Shown piece by piece: positions 31,368-41,172 of a stretch of 64,000 nt of DNA. Within the stretch, counting starts at the first letter, position 1; every line of letters begins with the position of its first letter. This stretch comes from an uncultured Endomicrobiia bacterium. GTDB taxonomy: Bacteria; Elusimicrobiota; Endomicrobiia; DTEH01. The position numbers and the translations under genes are program-made. The notes under the pieces are model-generated. The model made no database searches. It had not been told where the DNA came from and saw nothing but the letters and a program-made list of their open reading frames with translations. The stretch spans positions 34,410 to 98,409 of the forward strand of contig CALFVX010000015.1 of assembly GCA_937928765.1 (NCBI GenBank), given 5' to 3'.

Positions 31368-31823
31368 TTAATCATTATTTTTTTCTAAAACTATTAATGG
31401 TTGAGCGTATTCTACATACTGCCCGTCTTCAACCAAAATTTTTTTTACCACACCATCTTCAGGTGAAACAACATCTCTAAATATCCTCATTGTTTCTATT
31501 ATAGCAACTTTTTGTCCTTTTTTTACAGAAGAGTTAAGCATAACGAAAGGTGGATGATCTTTTGATGTTGAAAGCAAAAATTTCCCTACCATAGGAGAAG
31601 TTATTAGCACCTCTTTAGCTGAAATATTATTTTTTTCTTTATCTTCCTGAGTTGAGTTATTTTGTTGTTGAAAAACATCTTTATTTAAATTTTTAAATAA
31701 AAATTCTGTTTCATCTCTTTTTAAACAAATACTTTCACCTTCTTTAGTAGTTATCTCTAACTCTTCAATGTCTGTCTGTGAAAGAAAATCAATATATTCT
31801 TTTAACTCATTTACTTTTATCAT
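31368..31823 (-). CDS. accB: biotin carboxyl carrier protein-like (biotinyl-Lys replaced by Arg)
   Basis: 151 aa; SPMVGKF...KKGQKVAIIETMRIF...ILVEDGQYVEYAQPLIVLE aligns to E. coli BCCP ...CIVEAMKMMNQ...ILVESGQPVEFDEPLVVIE. Codon AGG (Arg) sits at the biotinyl-Lys position, read directly from DNA at about 31481..31490. Confidence 0.8.
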   Translation of the reverse strand: MIKVNELKEYIDFLSQTDIEELEITTKEGESICLKRDETEFLFKNLNKDVFQQQNNSTQEDKEKNNISAKEVLITSPMVGKFLLSTSKDHPPFVMLNSSVKKGQKVAIIETMRIFRDVVSPEDGVVKKILVEDGQYVEYAQPLIVLEKNND

Positions 31824-31837
31824 AAAATTTTTATTTT

Positions 31838-34621
31838 TTATTTTTTATTTTTTATATTTTTTTCTGCAACAACTTGTGCAGCAGCAAGTATTGCTAAAGG
31901 AACTCTATAAGGTGAACAAGAAACATAATTCATGCCAACATTATAACAGAATTTCACTGATTCTGGATCTCCTCCATGTTCACCACAAATTCCAACTTTT
32001 AGATTTGGTTTAGTTTTTCTACCTTTTGTTATTCCTATCTTTATTAATTCGCCTATGCCTTCAAAATCTATTGTTTGGAATGGATCTTTAGATAAGATAT
32101 TTTTTTCTAAATAACTAGGTAAAAATCCACCGATATCATCTCGCGAAAAACCAAAACCCATCTGTGTCAAGTCGTTTGTCCCAAAAGAAAAAAATTCGCA
32201 TACAGAAGCCATCTTGTCAGCAATTATACATGCACGAGGAATTTCTATCATTGTTCCTACAACTAAAGGTAATTTCTTTCTATCTATGTTAAACTTTTTT
32301 AGTGTTTCTTGATAAACTTTTTCAATTATTTGCTTTTGGTGTACAATCTCTTTTTCCGTGGATGTTACAGGAATCATTATCTCAGGCAATACTTTTTTGT
32401 TTTGTTTTACAATTTCTGCTGCTGCTTCAAATATCGCTTTTACTTGATATTCAGTAATCTCTGGATAAGCAATACCTAAGCGTACTCCACGATGACCCAT
32501 CATTGGATTTACTTCATGTAATTTTGAAGTGCGTTTTTCAAATTCTTCTTCTGTTATTGCAAGATTTTCTATAAGTTTTTCTCTTTCATCCTTTCTTTTT
32601 GGAACAAACTCGTGTAAAGGTGGATCAAGTAATCTTATAGTAACAGGAAACCCTTCCATTACTTCTAAAGTTTTTTTAATATCTTCTTTCATATAATTGA
32701 AAAGTTCATCAAGCGCTTTTCTTCTTTCTTCTTCCGTAGTAGAGAGAATCATCTTTCTTAATATAAACAATGGTTCATCAGAACCTTCTCCATAAAACAT
32801 ATGCTCTGTTCTAAAAAGTCCAATACCTTCTGCACCAAATGCTCTTGCTTTTTTTGCATCTTGTGGTGTATCTGCGTTAGTTCTTACACTAATCTTGCGC
32901 ACTTTGTTACATATTTTCATAAATTCAACAAAGAAAAGATTTTCTTCTGCAGCTTTAATTAAAGGAAGTCTACCTAGATAAACATTACCTTTTGTACCAT
33001 TTAAAGTAATCCAATCTCCTTCTTTTACTACTGTATCTTTTACTTTAAACCGTTTTTCTTCATAATCAATATGTATATCACCAGCACCTACTATACAACA
33101 TTTACCCCAACCGCGAGCTACTAGCGCTGCATGAGATGTCATTCCGCCACGAGCAGTTAAAATACCAACTGCTGCACGCATGCCTTCAACATCTTCAGGA
33201 TTTGTTTCTTCTCTTACAAGGATAACTTGTTCACCCTTTTTTGTCCATTCTACTGCATCGTTCGCAGTAAAGACAACCCTTCCTACAGCACCACCAGGAC
33301 CTGCAGGTAAACCTTTAGCTAAAACTTTTGTTTCTTTTTCTTTTACTGGATCAACTACAGGATGTAGTAGTTCATCAAGTTGTGAAGGAGCAACTCTTAA
33401 AACTGCTTCTTCTTGTGAAATAAGTTTTTCTTTATACATCTCAACAGCCATTCTTACTGCTGCAGGACCATTTCTTTTACCTACACGACATTGCAACATC
33501 CAAAGTTTACCCTTTTCAATAGTAAATTCAATATCTAACATATCCCGATAGTGTTTCTCAAGACGTTTTCTTATATCTTCAATTTGTTGATATATTTTTG
33601 GAAATTGCTTTTCTAAAGATGGCAAATCTTTACTGTGTTCGCTTCTTGAGTATTCATTTATAGGATAAGGTGTTCTAATTCCTGCAACAACATCTTCACC
33701 TTGTGCATTAGGCAACCATTCTCCATAAAATTTGTCTTCTCCTGTAGCAGGATTCCTTGTAAAAGCAACACCCGTACCTGAATCATCACCCATATTACCA
33801 AAAACCATTGCTTGAACATTTACTGCTGTACCCCAATCGTCAGGAATACCTTCAATTTTTCTATAAGCCACAGCTCGTTTACCATTCCAACTTAAAAATA
33901 CAGCACGTATTCCACCCCAAAGTTGTTCATAGGGATCTTCTGGAAATTCTTTGCCTAAAACTTCTTTAACTTTTCTTTTATATATTTTTACTAACTCTTT
34001 TAGATCTTCTGCTGTAAATTCTGTATCAAGTTTTATGCCTTTTTTTTGTTTCATATTCTCAAGTTCTTTTTCAAGCTGTTGTCTTATACCTTTGGTTTCT
34101 TGTGGTTCAATACCTTCTGCTTTTTCCATCACTACATCTGAATACATTTGTATTAATCTGCGGTATGCATCATAAACAAACCTAGGATTGTTTGTTTGTT
34201 TAATTAACCCTTCAGCTGTTTTTTCATTTAAACCTATATTTAGAACAGTTTCCATCATTCCTGGCATTGACCTTCTTGCTCCAGATCTTACTGAAACTAA
34301 TAAAGGATTTTCAGGATCGCCAAATTTTCTTCCCATAACAGATTCTATATGTTTTAATCCTTTTTGAACTTGTTCTTTTAATCCTGAAGGATATTTTTTA
34401 TTATTTTTATAAAAATAAGTACAAACTTCTGTTGTAATTGTAAATCCTGCAGGAACTGGTAATTTTAAATCTCTGTGTCCAGCCATTTCAGCTAAATTTG
34501 CACCTTTACCTCCAAGAAGATCTTTCATTTTTTCGTTGCCATCAGCTTTTCCGCCACCAAAAAGGTATACATATTTAGTTTTTGTGAGTTTGTTCTTCAC
34601 TGCTATATTTTCCTTCTTCAT
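31838..34621 (-). CDS. ppdK: pyruvate, phosphate dikinase
   Basis: 927 aa. N-terminal KYVY.FGGG...LLGGKGANLAEM, phospho-His region GGMTSHAALVARGWGKCCIVG, C-terminal PEP-utilising TIM barrel. Confidence 0.92.
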   Translation of the reverse strand: MKKENIAVKNKLTKTKYVYLFGGGKADGNEKMKDLLGGKGANLAEMAGHRDLKLPVPAGFTITTEVCTYFYKNNKKYPSGLKEQVQKGLKHIESVMGRKFGDPENPLLVSVRSGARRSMPGMMETVLNIGLNEKTAEGLIKQTNNPRFVYDAYRRLIQMYSDVVMEKAEGIEPQETKGIRQQLEKELENMKQKKGIKLDTEFTAEDLKELVKIYKRKVKEVLGKEFPEDPYEQLWGGIRAVFLSWNGKRAVAYRKIEGIPDDWGTAVNVQAMVFGNMGDDSGTGVAFTRNPATGEDKFYGEWLPNAQGEDVVAGIRTPYPINEYSRSEHSKDLPSLEKQFPKIYQQIEDIRKRLEKHYRDMLDIEFTIEKGKLWMLQCRVGKRNGPAAVRMAVEMYKEKLISQEEAVLRVAPSQLDELLHPVVDPVKEKETKVLAKGLPAGPGGAVGRVVFTANDAVEWTKKGEQVILVREETNPEDVEGMRAAVGILTARGGMTSHAALVARGWGKCCIVGAGDIHIDYEEKRFKVKDTVVKEGDWITLNGTKGNVYLGRLPLIKAAEENLFFVEFMKICNKVRKISVRTNADTPQDAKKARAFGAEGIGLFRTEHMFYGEGSDEPLFILRKMILSTTEEERRKALDELFNYMKEDIKKTLEVMEGFPVTIRLLDPPLHEFVPKRKDEREKLIENLAITEEEFEKRTSKLHEVNPMMGHRGVRLGIAYPEITEYQVKAIFEAAAEIVKQNKKVLPEIMIPVTSTEKEIVHQKQIIEKVYQETLKKFNIDRKKLPLVVGTMIEIPRACIIADKMASVCEFFSFGTNDLTQMGFGFSRDDIGGFLPSYLEKNILSKDPFQTIDFEGIGELIKIGITKGRKTKPNLKVGICGEHGGDPESVKFCYNVGMNYVSCSPYRVPLAILAAAQVVAEKNIKNKK

Positions 34622-34700
34622 TTTTAAAAACTCCTTTCTTAAAATTTTAATAATATTATTACCAAATTTTATTTTTAATTGTCAACAAAAAAGAAAAGAT

Positions 34701-35648
34701 TTAAGAAATATTTCTAAAATATTCTATGGTAAGTTTTAGCCCTTCCTTTAAAGAAACTTTTGGTTGCCAATTTAACAATCTTTTCGCTTTTGTAATGTCT
34801 GGTTTGCGTTGTTTAGGATCATCTTGAGGTAAATTTTTAAAAACTATTTTACTTTTTGAATTTGTAAGATCTTTTATTAAATAAGCAAAATCAATAATTT
34901 TCATTTCTTGTGGATTACCCAAATTTATTGGTTCTGAAATATTTTTAAACAATAATTTGTAAATTCCTTCTACCAAATCTGAAATATAACAAAATGATCT
35001 TGTCTGAGAACCATCACCATATACTGTTATAGGTTTGTCTCTTAATGCTTGGTAAATAAAATTTGGCACAACTCTTCCATCATTAAGTCGCATTCTTGGA
35101 CCATAGGTGTTAAATATACGAACTATTCTTACTGAAAGTTTGTGATATCTATGATATGCCATTGTCATTGCTTCAGCAAACCTTTTTGCTTCGTCATACA
35201 CACCTCGTGGACCTACAGGATTTACATTTCCCCAGTAAGATTCGTTCTGTGGTGAAACAAGCGGATCACCATATACTTCAGAGGTTGAAGCAAGCATAAA
35301 AATAGCATTTTTTTCTTTTGCAAGGCCTAAAGCTTTATGGGTTCCTAAAGCACCTACTTTTAAGGTTTGTATGGGATATTTAAGATAATCCTCAGGTGAA
35401 GCAGGTGAGGCAAAATGTAATACCGAATCTATCTTTCCTGGTATATGAATATAATTTGTAACATCATGTTTTATAAACAAAAATTTTTCGTTACCAAATA
35501 AATGTTCAATATTTTTTAAACTACCAGTAATTAAGTTATCTACACATATAACATAATGTTTTTTTCTTATAAAATAATCACAAAGATGTGAACCGATAAA
35601 CCCTGCTCCTCCAGTAACTACTATTCTCATAAAATTATTCTCTTCCAA
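34701..35648 (-). CDS. UDP-glucuronate decarboxylase (UDP-xylose synthase-like SDR)
   Basis: 315 aa; near-collinear with UXS/ArnA-C-type decarboxylases ([51 protein letters not shown]). Confidence 0.8.
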   Translation of the reverse strand: MEENNFMRIVVTGGAGFIGSHLCDYFIRKKHYVICVDNLITGSLKNIEHLFGNEKFLFIKHDVTNYIHIPGKIDSVLHFASPASPEDYLKYPIQTLKVGALGTHKALGLAKEKNAIFMLASTSEVYGDPLVSPQNESYWGNVNPVGPRGVYDEAKRFAEAMTMAYHRYHKLSVRIVRIFNTYGPRMRLNDGRVVPNFIYQALRDKPITVYGDGSQTRSFCYISDLVEGIYKLLFKNISEPINLGNPQEMKIIDFAYLIKDLTNSKSKIVFKNLPQDDPKQRKPDITKAKRLLNWQPKVSLKEGLKLTIEYFRNIS

Positions 35649-36921
35649 TACTTTTATAAATAAAACTTAAACTTTTAACTTTTTGAGGATCAAATATGTT
35701 TCTAGCATCTATTATGATTGGCATATTCATTAAATCTTTAATCTTTTTAAGATTTAATTTCTTAAATTCATCCCATTCTGTAAGAATTAATAAACAATCA
35801 GCACTTTTTGCAACTTCGTAAGGGGTTTTACAATATTGTATATCTTTAAAAATATTTTTCATTTTCTCTATTGCTTTTGGATCATATGCTTTAATTTTTG
35901 CGCCTTTTTGTTTTAAAGATTGAATTATATAAATAGATGGTGCTTCACGAATATCGTCAGTGTTAGGTTTAAAAGATAGTCCTAAAACACCAATAGTTTT
36001 GTCTTTTATTATCCATAAAGTATCTTCTATCTTTTTAATAAACAACTCTTTCTGTCTTTGATTTATAATTTTAACTTCTTTAAGTAAAGAAAAATCATAA
36101 CCTAACTTTTCAGATATCCATATAAAAGCATCAACATCTTTCGGAAAACAACTTCCACCATAACCTACACCTGCATTAAGAAAACTTCTTCCTATTCTTT
36201 TATCCAATCCCATGCCTAAAGCAACTTTTTCTATATCCGCTCCAGTAAGTTCACAAATGTTTGCCACTGCGTTAATAAACGATATTTTTGTTGCAAGAAA
36301 TGAATTTGATGCATGTTTTATAAGTTCGGCACTTTTAGTATCAACAACAATCTTTGGTGATTTAATTTTTTTATATAATTTCAACATCAATTTCTTTGCT
36401 TTTTCAGATTCAATACCAATAACAATTCTGTCTGGTTGTAAAAAATCTTTTATTGCAGAACCTTCTCTTAAAAACTCCGGGTTTGATACAACATCAAATT
36501 CAACATTATTTTTTTTGTATCTTTGGATTGTTTTTTTAATCCATTGTGCAGTTTCTACAGGCACTGTAGACTTTTCTACTATAACTTTGTATTCTGTTAA
36601 ATATATTGCAATTTCTCGTGCTACATTTTCTACATAACTTAAATCTGGTGAACCGTCAGGATTTGATGGTGTTCCTACTGCAATAAAAATTATTTCATTT
36701 TCAACTACTGCATCTTTAATACTTGAAGAATATTTTATTCTTTTTTTATTCTTTTTAATTAACTCTTCTATCCCAGGTTCAAAAATAGGCGTTTTGCCTG
36801 AGATTAATTTTTTAATTTTTTCTTCATCACTGTCAACACAAACAACACTATGACCAATCTCTGCTAAACACACACCTGTAGTCAAACCTACATAACCACA
36901 ACCTATTATTCCTACTTTCAT
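35635..36921 (-). CDS. ugd: UDP-glucose 6-dehydrogenase
   Basis: 428 aa; [13 protein letters not shown] Rossmann start, GGSCFPKD catalytic Cys region, UDPG/GDP-Man dehydrogenase architecture. Adjacent to UXS. Confidence 0.85.
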   Translation of the reverse strand: MKVGIIGCGYVGLTTGVCLAEIGHSVVCVDSDEEKIKKLISGKTPIFEPGIEELIKKNKKRIKYSSSIKDAVVENEIIFIAVGTPSNPDGSPDLSYVENVAREIAIYLTEYKVIVEKSTVPVETAQWIKKTIQRYKKNNVEFDVVSNPEFLREGSAIKDFLQPDRIVIGIESEKAKKLMLKLYKKIKSPKIVVDTKSAELIKHASNSFLATKISFINAVANICELTGADIEKVALGMGLDKRIGRSFLNAGVGYGGSCFPKDVDAFIWISEKLGYDFSLLKEVKIINQRQKELFIKKIEDTLWIIKDKTIGVLGLSFKPNTDDIREAPSIYIIQSLKQKGAKIKAYDPKAIEKMKNIFKDIQYCKTPYEVAKSADCLLILTEWDEFKKLNLKKIKDLMNMPIIIDARNIFDPQKVKSLSFIYKSIGRE

Positions 36922-36928
36922 ATTTTAT

Positions 36929-37675
36929 TTAACTATTTTTATATATCTGTGTGCTTACCTTATAATAAGCATCTTTTATTGCAGAGATAACTATCCCTGT
37001 AAAAAATCCTGCTAATGTTAGTATAACTACAAAAATTAAACTTTTTTTCTTTCCATTTTGCGGTTTTTCAGGCAATGCACTTAAATAAGCTATCTTTACA
37101 AGTTTTTCCTGTTGTTGTAAAGGTAAATCAAAATACAACTCTTTTCTTGCATATTCTACTGTAATCTTTGCTATTTCATCTGCAAAAAATTTTGCTAATT
37201 CTTTATCTGAAAACTTAATATTTATCTTAATAATTTCACCTATTTGTTGTATTCTTAACAAATCACTTTTTTCAGAAATAAAATTTTCTAAAGTTATTTT
37301 TAAGTTTTTCTTTTTTAGTAGTTCTTTTGCTTGCTCTAACACCAAAGAGATTATCAAAGGAGATTTCACAATTGCAGTAACCGTCCTTTTTCTATCTTCC
37401 AATCTTGGAGGGTAAATATCTGCCAAACTTTTAATAACATCAAACAACTCTTCTTTTTTAGCAATACTAACATCAGACTTTGTACCTAAAACTATTATCG
37501 CAGATTCTGCTGTGTAATATGCTTTTGGTGGAGAAATTCGAAAAAATAATATTACTGCTATTAATAAAAATAAAAATGTAAAAATTGATATTGTTTTAAA
37601 ATTTTTTAAAAAAAATTTTAAAATATCAACCAAATTTATTTCATCATCCATATTGTTTATATTTGTATTGTTCAT
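36929..37675 (-). CDS. Wzz-like polysaccharide chain-length determinant (short form)
   Basis: 248 aa. N-terminal DDEINLVDILKFFLKNFKTI + TM1 resembles Wzz (…EQIDLIDLLVQLWRGK…); second TM near C-terminus with a Gly-containing helix; periplasmic middle. Confidence 0.5.
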   Translation of the reverse strand: MNNTNINNMDDEINLVDILKFFLKNFKTISIFTFLFLLIAVILFFRISPPKAYYTAESAIIVLGTKSDVSIAKKEELFDVIKSLADIYPPRLEDRKRTVTAIVKSPLIISLVLEQAKELLKKKNLKITLENFISEKSDLLRIQQIGEIIKINIKFSDKELAKFFADEIAKITVEYARKELYFDLPLQQQEKLVKIAYLSALPEKPQNGKKKSLIFVVILTLAGFFTGIVISAIKDAYYKVSTQIYKNS

Positions 37676-38556
37676 TTATTTTCTTTCTCCTCCTTATTAT
37701 TAAAAAGTTCTCTTATCCCAGCAATTGAGCTTAATACACCTGAAGACTCTAGTGGTAAAAATATCTTTGTTGCTTTACCATCAGCAATTTTTTGTAATGT
37801 TTCAAGATATTTTATAGCTATTAAATCATTTGTTGGTCTACCTTTGTGAATCGCATCATACACAATCTCAATTTGATACTTTTCTGCATCAGCAACTTTT
37901 TTAATTGCCTCAGCTTTACCTTCAGCTGTTAAAATTGCAGATTGTTTTTCTCCTTCTGCTTTAAGTATAGCGGATTGGCGAACACCTTCTGCTTCAAGTA
38001 TCATTGCACGTTTTTCTCTTTCTGCTTTCATTTGTTTACTCATAGCATCGGTGATATCTTTTGGTGGGTCAATTTTTTGTATTTCTACACGAGTAATTTT
38101 TACTCCCCATTTATCTGTAGCTTCATCCAACACCTGCCTTAGTTGAAGATTAATTTTTTCTCTACTTGTAAGTGTCTGGTCAAGTTCCATATCACCTATA
38201 ACATTTCTAAGATTTGTTTGGGCAAGTTTTAACGATGCTAAAGAAAAATTTGATACTTCATATACAACTTTAAACGGATCTATTACTTGAAAATATATCA
38301 CAGCATCAACTGTTACTACTACATTATCTTTTGTGATAACATCCTGCGGAGGAACATCTATCACCTGTTCTCTCATATCAACTATACGTATTCTTTGAAG
38401 TGGCGGAAAGATTACTACAAGTCCAGGTGGAACTGTCCTTGTATACCTACCAAGCGTTTCAATTAATCCTCTTTCATGTTGACGAACAACTCGTACTGCT
38501 TGAAGAAGATATATTACCGCAAAAAATATTAACAATATAGTTATCCCTGCTGGCAT
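37672..38556 (-). CDS. SPFH/band-7 (stomatin/prohibitin-like) membrane protein
   Basis: 294 aa. N-terminal TM, SPFH core, then C-terminal Ala/Glu/Lys-rich coiled coil (EREKRAMILEAEG...AILKAEGEKQSAILTAEGKAEAIKK). Confidence 0.85.
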   Translation of the reverse strand: MPAGITILLIFFAVIYLLQAVRVVRQHERGLIETLGRYTRTVPPGLVVIFPPLQRIRIVDMREQVIDVPPQDVITKDNVVVTVDAVIYFQVIDPFKVVYEVSNFSLASLKLAQTNLRNVIGDMELDQTLTSREKINLQLRQVLDEATDKWGVKITRVEIQKIDPPKDITDAMSKQMKAEREKRAMILEAEGVRQSAILKAEGEKQSAILTAEGKAEAIKKVADAEKYQIEIVYDAIHKGRPTNDLIAIKYLETLQKIADGKATKIFLPLESSGVLSSIAGIRELFNNKEEKENK

Positions 38557-38596
38557 AAAATTTTACCTCCGTTATTTAAAATTTTATTTACAACAT

Positions 38597-39193
38597 TTAT
38601 TTTTCCAACTCTGTGTCCCAATATATATGGTCAATAAATTTCTGCCAAGAAGATGGAATTCTTATGTTTGTATTAAATACTAAAGCTAGTTTTATTCTTC
38701 GTTGAGGTTTAGAAGGTGAAATTACAAGTTTCATTCCTGCTTCTTGTGGTGTTCTGTTGGCCTTTTTAAAATTACAGCTTATACATGAAGTTACAATATT
38801 ATCCCACTCTGTTTTTCCACCACGAGATCTTGGTATTATATGGTCTATATTAAGCTTCTCCGTAGTAAATTTTTTACCACAATAACAACATCTGTAGCCG
38901 TAATGTTCATAAACATTTCTTCTAGTTAGTTGTGGTTCTTCAAACTGAATTTTATCATAAAACTTTAATGAAATTATTTCAGGAACAGCTATTTTAAACT
39001 TTGCTGTATAAATAAATCCTGCAGGATTTTCTTTTATCATCTGTGAAAGTTCAAACCAATCTTTGAAATCATAAGTTCTATATTCCTCATCTACAACATC
39101 TGCTCTTCCAAGAAATAAAAGTTTTATAGCGCGCTTCCAAGAAGTTAAACTTACTGGAATAAAATGTTTATTTAAAACTAAAACCTGTGTCAT
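38597..39193 (-). CDS. HNH endonuclease family protein
   Basis: 198 aa. Conserved N-terminal VLVLN..F.P...SWKRAI.LLF.G.A.VV domain, then HNH core CCYCG...DHIIPRSRGG...DNIVTSCISCN. Confidence 0.8.
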   Translation of the reverse strand: MTQVLVLNKHFIPVSLTSWKRAIKLLFLGRADVVDEEYRTYDFKDWFELSQMIKENPAGFIYTAKFKIAVPEIISLKFYDKIQFEEPQLTRRNVYEHYGYRCCYCGKKFTTEKLNIDHIIPRSRGGKTEWDNIVTSCISCNFKKANRTPQEAGMKLVISPSKPQRRIKLALVFNTNIRIPSSWQKFIDHIYWDTELEK

Positions 39194-39199
39194 CTTAGT

Positions 39200-39967
39200 T
39201 TAAAATTTTAATCCTAAACCTAAAGAATATGCGTTTTTGTCATAAATTTTTGAGTATCCAAGGTTAAGATACAATAATGGTAAAAATGAAATATTTGCTC
39301 CAACTTCATATCTTAAACCGTAAGAAAATTCACCTTTTAGTTTTCCTAAATTAAGTCTTTCTGAAATTTCCATTTCTGCATTGTCAACTCCTAATAAAAT
39401 ATAAGGACTTATTACTGGTATTTTGTTTAGCGAAACTATTAAACTTAAAGAATTAGAGTTCATATCTAACACATCTTCAACTTTAAGAAAATTATAAAAT
39501 CCTGCAATGCTTATGTTTATAATCGACATTCCAGGAGGTAAAGAAAAAATATTATATCTTAATCCTAAACCATAAAAAGTAAATCCTTTATAAAAATATC
39601 CAGAAAATCTAGCAATTAAATCTATATTATATGGCAATCCTTTTTCTAATTGCAAAACCGGTATAAAAATATATTTAAAATTTTCACTTTGAAAAGCATT
39701 TTGTAAAATAATATTTCCATCATCAATCTCTTTTATTGGCACATATAGCCTAATATTCAACCCTATAGAAGGCGGCAGCGTAGAAAAAAATTTTAAACTT
39801 TCAGCATTATTAACAATGTTTCCACAAGTAATACCAGCTAAATCTTTTGTAAATGGATTTAAATATTGTTGTTGAACATTGGTTTTAAACTCTTCAAAAA
39901 TATCAACTGCTTGTATAATAGATAAAGAAATAAAAAAAGTAATTATGTATACTATTATTTTTTTCAT
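39200..39967 (-). CDS. outer-membrane beta-barrel protein, hypothetical
   Basis: 255 aa. Signal peptide (…SLSIIQA). Alternating amphipathic strands. C-terminal ...YSLGLGLKF with terminal Phe (OMP signature). Strong SD AGGAGG upstream. Confidence 0.55.
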   Translation of the reverse strand: MKKIIVYIITFFISLSIIQAVDIFEEFKTNVQQQYLNPFTKDLAGITCGNIVNNAESLKFFSTLPPSIGLNIRLYVPIKEIDDGNIILQNAFQSENFKYIFIPVLQLEKGLPYNIDLIARFSGYFYKGFTFYGLGLRYNIFSLPPGMSIINISIAGFYNFLKVEDVLDMNSNSLSLIVSLNKIPVISPYILLGVDNAEMEISERLNLGKLKGEFSYGLRYEVGANISFLPLLYLNLGYSKIYDKNAYSLGLGLKF

Positions 39968-40059
39968 AAAATCCTCCTAATTAAATAAACTTAATTTGAG
40001 TTTTTAAATACTATAATAATTTCTATTTGTCAATATTTTTATATTAAAATTAAAACTTT

Positions 40060-40105
40060 AAATAGTACTAAATCTTGTATTTTTTTAAATTATTTAGTAT
40101 TATTT
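40060..40105. promoter_or_regulatory. inverted repeat (operator-like) in divergent promoter region
   Basis: AAATAGTACTAAAT (40060-40073) and ATTTAGTATTATTT (40092-40105) are reverse complements with one mismatch. Each arm contains the palindrome TAGTA(C/T)TA. Arm centres are about 32 bp apart, between the OMP gene start and the PAC2-like gene start. Confidence 0.35.
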
Positions 40106-40134
40106 TAAAAAACAAAAATTTTTTATTAAAAAAT

Positions 40135-41172
40135 ATGATAATTCAAAAAAACAAAACAAAACTTACAAATCCATATATTATTTGTGGTTGGCCAGGAATG
40201 GGTATGATAGGACATTATATTGTCAACCACATCATATCCCAAATTAAACCAGAAATTTTTGCAGAAATAGATTATAAAGAGTATATAATTCCACACAATG
40301 CTATTGTAGAAAATGGTATCATATACGATATTCCACAGATACAAAATAAAATTTTTTATCATAAAATAAAATCCAAATATTATGAACAAGATTTTTTGTT
40401 ATTTTTAGGTGATGTTGAACCCTCATTATATAATATGCAAAATTTTGCAAACGATTTAATTTCTTTTTTTAAACCATTTAATCCAAAATTAATTATGACT
40501 TTTTCTGGATTCCCATCAAATATACTTCATACTGACGAACCTTTACTTTATGTCGCCCAGACAAATAATAGTGTTGATGTAAAAATTAAAAATGAAGAAT
40601 CGCTAAAATTAAAACCATTAACTTTCGGATTAATTGAAGGTATGAGCGGAATTATTTTATCTAAAGCAAAAGAATTTGAAATTGAAGGTATTTGTATAAT
40701 AGGAGAGATACCTTTTTATACTATAGACATGATTAACCCTAGAGTATGTTATAAAATTTTATATTTTTTAAAAGAAACATTTTTATTTAATATAAGTTTT
40801 GAAAAAATACAACAGGATATAATTTCTATGGACGAAAGAATAAAATCTACATTTATTGATTTAAACGAAAAAGCACAAATGTTATTGTCTCAATTGCAAG
40901 ATTCTAATAAAGATAATAAAAAAAATTTGTATTATAAAGCAAAAACAACAAACGATTCTTCAGAACTTACATTTGAAGAATTGAAAAAAAAGATAAAATT
41001 TTCCTTACCAGAATCAGCAAAAAATAAAATCAACGAATTGTTTAAACTTTCCTCTGAAGACATAAGCTATGCCAAACAACTAAAAGAAGAACTTGATAAA
41101 TGGGGTGTTTATAAAGAATACGAAGATAGATTTTTATCACTATTTATTAAAAAAAAGAAAGGTAAAAAATAA
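40135..41172 (+). CDS. PAC2-family protein (proteasome-assembly-chaperone-like fold) with C-terminal coiled-coil extension
   Basis: N-terminal PYIICGWPGMGMIGH matches the PAC2 family signature (GWPGxG). ORF track starts at TTG 40075, and I prefer ATG 40135. Lys/Glu-rich helical region of about 110 aa at C-terminus. Confidence 0.5.
   Translation: MIIQKNKTKLTNPYIICGWPGMGMIGHYIVNHIISQIKPEIFAEIDYKEYIIPHNAIVENGIIYDIPQIQNKIFYHKIKSKYYEQDFLLFLGDVEPSLYNMQNFANDLISFFKPFNPKLIMTFSGFPSNILHTDEPLLYVAQTNNSVDVKIKNEESLKLKPLTFGLIEGMSGIILSKAKEFEIEGICIIGEIPFYTIDMINPRVCYKILYFLKETFLFNISFEKIQQDIISMDERIKSTFIDLNEKAQMLLSQLQDSNKDNKKNLYYKAKTTNDSSELTFEELKKKIKFSLPESAKNKINELFKLSSEDISYAKQLKEELDKWGVYKEYEDRFLSLFIKKKKGKK

Noticed and set aside
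38597-39193. Stand-alone HNH endonuclease next to SPFH protein as a possible defence or restriction module.
   Set aside because: The N-terminal VLVLN...SWKRA...G.A.VV domain fused to an HNH core matches a widespread conserved stand-alone HNH family found in core genomes. There is no methyltransferase, helicase, ATPase or other defence partner adjacent. The SPFH gene belongs to the downstream polysaccharide operon.
40075-40134. ORF-track start of the PAC2-like gene at 40075.
   Set aside because: That start is a TTG codon lying inside the AT-rich inverted-repeat region, and the first 20 residues (MYFFKLFSIILKNKNFLLKN) look like translated promoter DNA. The in-frame ATG at 40135 gives an N-terminus (MIIQKNK...PYIICGWPGMG) typical for the family.
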